Virus record (IMG/VR): IMGVR_UViG_3300037258_000358
Span: 3,840-67,839 of that record
DNA length: 64,000 nucleotides
Strand: one strand, 5' to 3'
Origin: a virus
Shown: piece by piece, positions 47,788 through 54,573 of the stretch
How positions within the stretch are numbered: the stretch's first letter is position 1
Layout: every line of letters begins with the position of its first letter
Translations under genes and position numbers: made by a program
Notes under the pieces: generated by a model
The model's input: only the letters and a program-made list of their open reading frames with translations
Database searches by the model: none
What the model was told of the DNA's origin: nothing

Positions 47788-49964
47788 GCGACAAGCCCAC
47801 GGTCATGCGCCGCCTAAAGATCGCGGAGATTTCGGCCGTGGACCGGCCGGCGCAGGCTCACGCCAGGGTCGCCCTGATGAAAAGGCACGATCCGATGATC
47901 GATGAATTCATCAAGCGCGAGTTCAGCGACGACAAGCGCAAGGAACTCGCCGAGTCGGGAGCGGCATTGCCGGACGGTTGCCTTTCCGGCGACACGCTTG
48001 TTGAAACGCTCGATGGCCAGCGGCCGATCTCTGGTCTTCTTGGTCGGCAGCGCCTGCTCACCGAGCAAGGTTGGAAATCAGCCGAGGTCCAGTATTTCGG
48101 AGAGCAGCGACTCGCTGAGGTGCGTCTTTCTCGCGGGTATGTGCGGCGCTCCATTCTTGCGACGCTTGGCCACCGTTGGCACACTCGGCGCGGGATCGTG
48201 CCCACGGCCGGCCTCCGACCTGGAGACCTGCTTCCTCAAGTATCCCGCGACCGCTTCGCTGTAGCTGTCGAACCATCCGAGATGGCTGTTGCAGGGGCCA
48301 CAGAGCAGTCCGCGAACCTCGCCAGTCAGATGGTCATGGTCGACATGGAGCGCGGTCCACGTGCGCCCTGTCCGCGTGTTTGCACGGTTCAGCGTGGGCG
48401 TCCGGCAGCAAATGGCGCATCGGCCGCCCTGCGCGATAAACATCGCCTCGAATTCGGCGTTTCCGATGCCGTATTTTCGGCGCAAGGCACCTTCTCGGCG
48501 ACGAAGCCAGCGAAGATCGCCGAAGTCGACCTTGGCGGAAGATTCCTCGGCATGAGTTCGCTTGCAGGTCTTACATTCGGTGCGCCTCCGGCCGCTTTCC
48601 CGAATGTAGAACTCGCTCGGTGGCTGCCTGACTCCGCAGAGTCGGCAGTTCCGCCATGCCGGATCGTCCGGAAGCGTTCCAGCCAGGATGCGTCTCGCAT
48701 CTGTGGAACCATGTCGCCACAGGCGTTGGTAATGGGGGCTGCAGAGTCCGACTGCCTTGACGATTCCTACGCAGCCCTCGATTTTGCAGGTGTTGACGGT
48801 GGATGGTCTGTCGAAGAGGTCCGGATGACCGGCCTCATCGAGTCCGTCTACTGTGGCGTCGTCCCTGATTTGCATAGGTTCGCTCTAGCCGATGGCCTGA
48901 TCACCGGCAACAGTTTCCCGATCGAAAACGAAGAGGATCTGCACAACGCGATCCGCGCCGTCGGCCGGGCCAAGGACGAAGCCAAGGCCAAGGCGCACAT
49001 CATCGCGCGAGCCAAATCGATGGGCGCCACGGGCGCTCTTCCCGAAGACTGGAAGGCCAGCAAAGCCGTCCACCTCACTCCCCTGAAAGGAACGACCATG
49101 ACGCCCTCAGAGCTTCGCAAGTCCCTGGGTCTGGCCGACAGCGCCTCCGATACCGAGGTCACCAACGCCCTCATCGTCAAGGCCAACAAGGCCGACGACG
49201 ACGCCGAGAAGGCCAAGGCCAAAGAGGAAGAGGCCGAAAAGCGCGCGAAGAAGGCCGAGGGCCTCGCCAAGATGAGCGACAAGCACCGCGGATTCATGAA
49301 TCACGCGGACGCCAAGATGCCCACGGGCGGCAAGGACGCCTTCGCCGAGATGGAGCCGTCAGAGCGTGACGCGCACATGAAGGCCAACCCGATCGAGGAC
49401 GACGGCGACGCGGACGACGTATCGAAGGCCATCAAGGCCGGGACTGCCTTCGTCGCTGCCGGCGGAATTCTCATCCGCAAGAGCAAGGTCGGGGCGGACG
49501 TGTTCTCCGTGCTGAAGGCGACGACTGAGCAGAACGCAACCCTGGCCGAACAGGTCAAGAAGTCCGACGAGGCAGCCGCGCTCGCCAAGTTTGAAAAACA
49601 GGCGGACGCCGAGTTCGCGCACCTGCCGGGCACAAGCGCCGAGCGCGCCGAACTGCTCAAGGCGATCGACGCCATGCCTGAGGCCGTCAAGAAAGCGACG
49701 CTCGCCAACATGGCGATCCAGGAAAAGCTCGCGAAGTCGGCCTTCACCATGATCGGCCGGGACGCCTCGGACCTCGGTCTCGAAAAGAAGGACGAGGACA
49801 ACGCCGAGGCTGAACTCGACAAGAAGGCCAGGGAGATCGTCGGGAAGTCCGCTGGGACGTCCTACGCCAAGGCCTATGACCAGGTCTGCAAGGACAACCC
49901 GGATCTCTACGCCAAGTACGTGAGCCAAAAGCGCCAGCGCACGAACGGCGCCGACGCGGACTGA
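47784..49964 (+). CDS. Intein-containing head protein/scaffold precursor (726 aa; 415 aa after splicing)
   Basis: EISAVDRPAQ N-terminus; exteins rejoin as ALPDG|SFPIENEEDLHNAIRAVGRAKD; Ala/Lys/Glu-rich scaffold-like C-terminus; lies between protease and capsid genes. Confidence 0.8.
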   Translation: MSDKPTVMRRLKIAEISAVDRPAQAHARVALMKRHDPMIDEFIKREFSDDKRKELAESGAALPDGCLSGDTLVETLDGQRPISGLLGRQRLLTEQGWKSAEVQYFGEQRLAEVRLSRGYVRRSILATLGHRWHTRRGIVPTAGLRPGDLLPQVSRDRFAVAVEPSEMAVAGATEQSANLASQMVMVDMERGPRAPCPRVCTVQRGRPAANGASAALRDKHRLEFGVSDAVFSAQGTFSATKPAKIAEVDLGGRFLGMSSLAGLTFGAPPAAFPNVELARWLPDSAESAVPPCRIVRKRSSQDASRICGTMSPQALVMGAAESDCLDDSYAALDFAGVDGGWSVEEVRMTGLIESVYCGVVPDLHRFALADGLITGNSFPIENEEDLHNAIRAVGRAKDEAKAKAHIIARAKSMGATGALPEDWKASKAVHLTPLKGTTMTPSELRKSLGLADSASDTEVTNALIVKANKADDDAEKAKAKEEEAEKRAKKAEGLAKMSDKHRGFMNHADAKMPTGGKDAFAEMEPSERDAHMKANPIEDDGDADDVSKAIKAGTAFVAAGGILIRKSKVGADVFSVLKATTEQNATLAEQVKKSDEAAALAKFEKQADAEFAHLPGTSAERAELLKAIDAMPEAVKKATLANMAIQEKLAKSAFTMIGRDASDLGLEKKDEDNAEAELDKKAREIVGKSAGTSYAKAYDQVCKDNPDLYAKYVSQKRQRTNGADAD
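48078..48875 (-). CDS. Endonuclease VII-family HNH homing endonuclease, antisense inside the intein
   Basis: CKIEGC..GLCSPHYQR; CRLC..EFY..CKTC; LRRKYGI...QGGRCAIC...LHVDHDHLTGEVRGLLCGPCNSHLG. Confidence 0.88.
   Translation of the reverse strand: MQIRDDATVDGLDEAGHPDLFDRPSTVNTCKIEGCVGIVKAVGLCSPHYQRLWRHGSTDARRILAGTLPDDPAWRNCRLCGVRQPPSEFYIRESGRRRTECKTCKRTHAEESSAKVDFGDLRWLRRREGALRRKYGIGNAEFEAMFIAQGGRCAICCRTPTLNRANTRTGRTWTALHVDHDHLTGEVRGLLCGPCNSHLGWFDSYSEAVAGYLRKQVSRSEAGRGHDPAPSVPTVAKRRKNGAPHIPARKTHLSESLLSEILDLG
48882..48910 (-). promoter_or_regulatory. Candidate antisense promoter for the homing endonuclease (leaderless mRNA)
   Basis: Minus strand TTGCCG (48910-48905), 17-bp spacer, TAGAGC (48887-48882), 6 nt, then ATG 48875. 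Confidence 0.55.
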
Positions 49965-50044
49965 TCGCCGGCGGGGGCCGCGAGGCCTCCGCCCAACCCG
50001 GCCGGGCTCCCGCCCGGCGCGGCCTCTAGGATGGAGACACCGCC

Positions 50045-50497
50045 ATGGCGGCGAATTATGAACGCGCTCATACCATCAGCCGTCCCGTGGGCGCTGACTA
50101 TTCCCAGCCGGGCGTGGGCGAGTACCGCTTCGCGGTCGTGAACCCCGACGAGGTGACGGACTATACCGATCCGTCGCAGCCCGGCCTGTGGTACGGCACC
50201 GCCGGCGATCCGCCGCCGATCGCGGCCGGGAACGTCCTCGTCAACACCGATGCCGGCGGCTACTGCCCGTTCGTGCTGGCCGGGAAGGCCCTGCCGGGCC
50301 AACCGATCGAGTGCGCCTGGGCCGGACGTGTGCTGGTCGTGGCCGGCGCAGCCGTCGTGGCCGGCGCCATCGTGTCATCGGACGACGCGGGCGCAGCGGT
50401 CACGCAAGCCGGCGAGGCTGTAGCCCTCGGCGTCGCGCTCGATGCGGCCGCCGCTGCCGGCGACGTCTTTTCGATCCTCTTCGCTCCCGTCACCTGA
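50045..50497 (+). CDS. Capsid decoration/cement protein
   Basis: VVAGAAVVAGAIVSSDDAGAAV...GVALDAAAAAGD (DUF2190-like); precedes the major capsid gene. Confidence 0.75.
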   Translation: MAANYERAHTISRPVGADYSQPGVGEYRFAVVNPDEVTDYTDPSQPGLWYGTAGDPPPIAAGNVLVNTDAGGYCPFVLAGKALPGQPIECAWAGRVLVVAGAAVVAGAIVSSDDAGAAVTQAGEAVALGVALDAAAAAGDVFSILFAPVT

Positions 50498-50564
50498 CTG
50501 GAGTTAACGCACTGGGGCGAAGTCGTCAGACGTCGCCAGGCTCTAACTGGAAGGAGACTCCGGG

Positions 50565-51572
50565 ATGCCCGGCAATCCGCAACTAGGCGACGTCCACGTA
50601 AACGTGCCGCTGACCAATATGTCGGTGGCCTACATCCAGGACGAATCGAATTTCGTCGCCGATCGGGTGTTCCCGAATCTCCCGGTGACCAAGCAGTCCG
50701 ATCGGTACTTCCAGTACAGCCGGGCTGACTTCAACCGCGACGAGATGGAAGAGCGCGCGCCGGGCGCCGAGTCGGCCGGCAACGGCTACGACCTGGACAA
50801 CACGCCGACGTACTTCGCGACGGTCCGGGCCTTCCACAAGGACATTCCCGATCAGATCCGCGCGAACAGCGACGACGTGCTGGCGCCGGACCGGGACGCG
50901 ACGATCTTCGTCACCCAGAAGGCGCTCATCAAGCGTGAGGTCACCTTCGCCAACAACTACTTCAACAGCGGCGTCTGGAACTATGGCGCGACGGGTGTTG
51001 ACGCCTCTCCGGGATCTGGCGAGTTCCTCCAGTGGGACAACGTCGATTCGACGCCCATCGAGGACATCCGCGCGGCCCGGCGCGTCGTGCAGGAAGCCAC
51101 CGGCTTCAAGCCGAACATCCTGGTCCTCGGCAAGATCGTGTTCGACGTCCTCGTCGACCACCCCGAGTTCATCGACCGCATCAAGTACAACTTCGCCCAG
51201 GGCGTCGCGGCGGTCGCGAACGAAGTGATCATGGCCCAGCTATGGGGCCTCGAGCAGGTGCTCGTCATGGAAGCGGTCGCCAACTTCGCCCCTCGCGGCG
51301 CGGTTGAAGACTCGCAGTTCATCGGCGGCCCCAACGCGCTCCTGGCCTACCGGACCAAGACGCCGGGGATGATGATGCCGACTGCGGGCTACACCTTCAG
51401 CTGGAACGGCTGGATGGGCGCAACCGGCATGGGCCACCGCATTAAGAGCTTCCGGCTCGAGCGGAACGAGTCCGACCGCATCGAAGTCCAGATGGCCTAT
51501 GATCAGAAGATCATCGGCGCCGACCTGGGCTATTTCTTCGACACGGCCGTCAACACCGCGCTGTCGGTCTGA
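50565..51572 (+). CDS. Major capsid protein
   Basis: DVHVNVPLTNMSVAY...FVADRVFP, TPIEDI, KPNILVLG, GYTF; 335 aa. Confidence 0.9.
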   Translation: MPGNPQLGDVHVNVPLTNMSVAYIQDESNFVADRVFPNLPVTKQSDRYFQYSRADFNRDEMEERAPGAESAGNGYDLDNTPTYFATVRAFHKDIPDQIRANSDDVLAPDRDATIFVTQKALIKREVTFANNYFNSGVWNYGATGVDASPGSGEFLQWDNVDSTPIEDIRAARRVVQEATGFKPNILVLGKIVFDVLVDHPEFIDRIKYNFAQGVAAVANEVIMAQLWGLEQVLVMEAVANFAPRGAVEDSQFIGGPNALLAYRTKTPGMMMPTAGYTFSWNGWMGATGMGHRIKSFRLERNESDRIEVQMAYDQKIIGADLGYFFDTAVNTALSV

Positions 51573-51577
51573 TCTTC

Positions 51578-52015
51578 ATGCCTGCCGCCGCTTTCTTCCG
51601 GGAGCCTTTCAACCCCGACGCGCGGTTCGTGGTCGTTCACCAGATGAAGGTGAGCGGGCGCGAACTGACGATGGGAGCCAGGTTCCCGAAGAAGGCGGTG
51701 AGCCAGCGTGTCTTGCGCAAACTCTTCGACAGTCGCCGGATCGGCTATGAGGGCGAGACGGGCCGGCAGCGGGCCAAGCCTCCCGCGCCGCGCTCGAACA
51801 TGCACCGGACGACCCTCGACCGTCCCGCGCCAGCGGTTGTGGCTACGCTTCCCGGCGAGATCCCGGAGAACTGGCGCGAGTTCAAGGCGAGGGATCTGCG
51901 CACGCTCCTGGCCGATCTGCGGCCCGGGATGACCTTCGTCAACCGCATTGAGATGGTCGACTGCATCGAGGCGGAACTCGCGCAGCGCGCGAGACTGGCC
52001 GATGGGACTGCTTGA
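51578..52015 (+). CDS. Hypothetical virion-region protein
   Basis: 145-aa ORF after the major capsid gene. Confidence 0.6.
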   Translation: MPAAAFFREPFNPDARFVVVHQMKVSGRELTMGARFPKKAVSQRVLRKLFDSRRIGYEGETGRQRAKPPAPRSNMHRTTLDRPAPAVVATLPGEIPENWREFKARDLRTLLADLRPGMTFVNRIEMVDCIEAELAQRARLADGTA

Positions 52016-52382
52016 CCGCCAGCTGGCCCGACAGCTTCTCCAGGGCTTCCAGGGAAAGAACATCCTCCAGGCGGCCAAGCTGTGGCGTGCCGTGCCCACG
52101 GGAGGTCTCGACAGCCACGGCGACCCGGTCAGTTCAACCCCGACGCTATGGGACTTTCAGGGGTTCACGGAGGATTACAACGACGCTTTCCGCCGGGCCG
52201 CGGGCATCCCCGAACTCGATATCAGGGTCAATATATTCGGCGCCAGCCTGCCCCCTGGAATCATTCCGATGAAGGACGACAAGGCCTTTATCGCTGGCCA
52301 GTGGTGGCAGATCCGCAAGCCCGGGACCGATCCCGCGAAAGCATTATACGTCTGTCAGTCATTTGGTTGCGAGACGCCATGA
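52002..52382 (+). CDS. Head closure (stopper) protein
   Basis: Position, size, DPAKALYVCQ terminus. Confidence 0.65.
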   Translation: MGLLDRQLARQLLQGFQGKNILQAAKLWRAVPTGGLDSHGDPVSSTPTLWDFQGFTEDYNDAFRRAAGIPELDIRVNIFGASLPPGIIPMKDDKAFIAGQWWQIRKPGTDPAKALYVCQSFGCETP

Positions 52383-52798
52383 CGACCTGGTGGGATGACT
52401 CGGGCGTGACGGCGAAGGTGCGTGACGGCGCCAGGGCCGGGGTCATCGCAGCAACAGAGGCCGTGTTGGCCGAAGGCACGAGGCTGATCCTGTCGCCGCC
52501 GAAGAGCGGACGCATCTATCGTCGCGCAGGCCGCACACATCAGGCCTCGGCAGCGGGCCAAGCGCCAGCTAACGACCTCGGGTTTCTGGTCGCGTCCGGA
52601 CGGGCGATCTATCCAGATCAGGAAGATCTTTTCGTCATCAGTGGAATCGCCAACTGGTCGACTGAATATGCCGTGTACCTGGAACTTGGAACGGCCAGAA
52701 TTGATCCGCGACCCTACGCCTTTCCGGCACTTGATTTCGTGTCCCCCGAGTTCAGCGGCTATGTCGCGCTCGGCATCCAGGCGAGGCTTGTCGTATGA
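52379..52798 (+). CDS. Tail completion protein (HK97 gp10-like)
   Basis: HQASAAGQAPANDLG, EYAVYLELGT, PRPY..PAL. Confidence 0.85.
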   Translation: MTTWWDDSGVTAKVRDGARAGVIAATEAVLAEGTRLILSPPKSGRIYRRAGRTHQASAAGQAPANDLGFLVASGRAIYPDQEDLFVISGIANWSTEYAVYLELGTARIDPRPYAFPALDFVSPEFSGYVALGIQARLVV

Positions 52799-53235
52799 GC
52801 GAGCCGCTCGACCTGGGTCCGGCGTTCCGGACGGCAATCCTCGCCAATGATGCGATCACGGGCCTGCTCGCCACATGGGAGGGTGAGCCAGCCGTCTATA
52901 CGCGAAGGCCCGTTCCAGACGATGCGCCTTACCCGCTCATCCTCATCGCGCCGCCAGCGTCGATCGGCGACGCAGACTGGCTGACGGTCAGGATCCCGCG
53001 CCCGCGACTCGATCTCATCGCCTACGGCCTCCAGCCGGGCGATTACCGCAACGTCGAGACCATCGGCTATCTCCTGAGGGAGCAATTCCACCGCGAGCCG
53101 TTCTCGATCAGTGTCGATGGCTACAGCGTCCTGGACATCGTCGCCAACGGGCCGATGCCCGCGCCGGTCGACGATCAGAACGAGGTCGGACGGGCCGTCC
53201 TGCTGACCATTCGGCTTCGGGACTTGTCCACGTGA
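52795..53235 (+). CDS. Tail terminator (DUF3168-like)
   Basis: VY...PDDAPYPLI; position. Confidence 0.75.
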   Translation: MSEPLDLGPAFRTAILANDAITGLLATWEGEPAVYTRRPVPDDAPYPLILIAPPASIGDADWLTVRIPRPRLDLIAYGLQPGDYRNVETIGYLLREQFHREPFSISVDGYSVLDIVANGPMPAPVDDQNEVGRAVLLTIRLRDLST

Positions 53236-53253
53236 TTCTTGCACAACATCATC
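53223..53253 (+). promoter_or_regulatory. Putative late promoter, copy 2
   Basis: TTGTCC-17-CATCAT containing CTTGCACAACATCATC, upstream of the tail tube gene. Confidence 0.55.
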
Positions 53254-53296
53254 GGCGTCGGCAGGCCGGCGCCCTCCTCGGGGAAAGGACCATCCC

Positions 53297-53773
53297 ATGA
53301 TTTCGACCGCTGGTGGCGTAACCCTCGCGATCGGGGGCGCCGTCGTCCTCGATCCCCTCAACCCTCCGATCCTCAGCGACTACACCAGCGAGAGCTACGT
53401 CGAGATCGACGAGGTCGAGGATGGTGGCCAGGTCGGCGACGAATCGTCCTCGATCACCTTCACGTCCTTGCTCGACGGCCGCGTGCGCAAGCTCAAGGGG
53501 CCGCGCGACGCCGGCACGATGGCGGTCGTCGTCGGTCGCGACGGGACGGACGAGGGCCAGTCGGCCCTGCAAGCCGCCGAAACGACCGTCTACGACTATT
53601 TCTTCCGCGTCGTGTTCAACGATCCGGCCACGGTCGGCGGCGATCCGACCACCTATTACTTCTGTGCGAAGGTCATGGGCGAGCGCACGAACATCGGAAA
53701 TGTGTCGAACGTCATCAAGCAGACCTTCAACCTTGGCGTGAACACGGCTATCACCGTCGTCGCGCCCACCTGA
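53297..53773 (+). CDS. Major tail tube protein
   Basis: GDESSSITF...RVRKLKGPRDAG...DEGQ. Confidence 0.85.
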   Translation: MISTAGGVTLAIGGAVVLDPLNPPILSDYTSESYVEIDEVEDGGQVGDESSSITFTSLLDGRVRKLKGPRDAGTMAVVVGRDGTDEGQSALQAAETTVYDYFFRVVFNDPATVGGDPTTYYFCAKVMGERTNIGNVSNVIKQTFNLGVNTAITVVAPT

Positions 53774-53794
53774 GGGGCGTAGCCAGGAGGCTAC

Positions 53795-54259
53795 GTGGAC
53801 GACGAAAAAGCCAACGAGAACGCCCATCTGACGGGCGTCTATCAAGTCACGATCGGGGAAGAGGCCTATCCGCTGAAGCGGACGGTCGGCGCCCTGAGGG
53901 CCATCAACCTCATGGCCGGGGGGTTGCAGAACAACAATCCCAATGTCTCGACGGTCGTTACCCGTGTTCTCGGGCGCGACCTGGAGACCATCGGCGCGGT
54001 GATGCGTGCCGGTTGCGGCGTGGCCCCGAACGCCTTTTCCAAGCTCGAGGAACAGGTCTTCAATGCCGGGGTGGACGATGTCGTGCCGAAGATCTGCGAC
54101 TTCATCTTCCTGCTTCGATCGAGGCCCGGGACGCCGATCCCGTACAGCAAAGCGGAAACCGAAGAACAGGAACGCCTCGCCAAAGAGGGAGGCAAGACAG
54201 AGGAAAAGGCGGACCCTACGCGAAGCCCCTCTCTCTCGGAGAGTACGCAGACGAACTGA
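53795..54259 (+). CDS. Tail assembly chaperone (gpG-like)
   Basis: Between tube and tape-measure genes; RBS AGGAGG, GTG start. Confidence 0.7.
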   Translation: MDDEKANENAHLTGVYQVTIGEEAYPLKRTVGALRAINLMAGGLQNNNPNVSTVVTRVLGRDLETIGAVMRAGCGVAPNAFSKLEEQVFNAGVDDVVPKICDFIFLLRSRPGTPIPYSKAETEEQERLAKEGGKTEEKADPTRSPSLSESTQTN

Positions 54260-54573
54260 TCCGCATCGCCTGCGGAAGCCTCGGCTGGGCGCCGGAAGTT
54301 GCGTTCAATATCGACATCGGGATCATCCTCCTGGCCTGGCAGGGGCGCATGGACGATATCGAGCGACTCGAGCAGATCGCCTTCGGTGCGCAGGGCCATA
54401 AGATCAAGACCCGCAGGGACATCGACCGCGACAAGTGGATAGCCCAGAACGGCGGTATGTCGGCGATGTGGCGACAGTTCGAGGCGCAGCACAACGCCAC
54501 CTTCAAGCCGAAGTCTGGCCGGAAGGGAATCCGTCGTTTACCGTCTGCGGCGCCCGAGGGGACGCATGGCTGA
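54208..54573 (+). CDS. Tail assembly chaperone -1 frameshift extension (gpGT-like)
   Basis: Open -1 frame (ACGSLGWAPEVA...) without its own start; candidate slip sites G-GAA-AAG 54202-54208 or GAC-CCT 54212-54217. Confidence 0.6.
   Translation, partial: GGPYAKPLSLGEYADELIRIACGSLGWAPEVAFNIDIGIILLAWQGRMDDIERLEQIAFGAQGHKIKTRRDIDRDKWIAQNGGMSAMWRQFEAQHNATFKPKSGRKGIRRLPSAAPEGTHG

Larger units (their letters stand above)
47979..48911 (+). mobile_element. Intein (311 aa, Cys1...Gly-Asn/Ser+1)
   Basis: Block A CLSGDTLVET, block B ATLGHRW, LRPGD, block F VYCGVVPDLHRF, block G DGLITGN/S. Confidence 0.9.

Noticed and set aside
49965-50030. Two GC hairpins after the scaffold gene as a terminator
   Set aside because: No U-tract; role cannot be supported from sequence.
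53239-54200. 444-aa ORF overlapping tail tube and chaperone genes
   Set aside because: Only the last ~120 aa look real (frameshift extension); the rest is off-frame.
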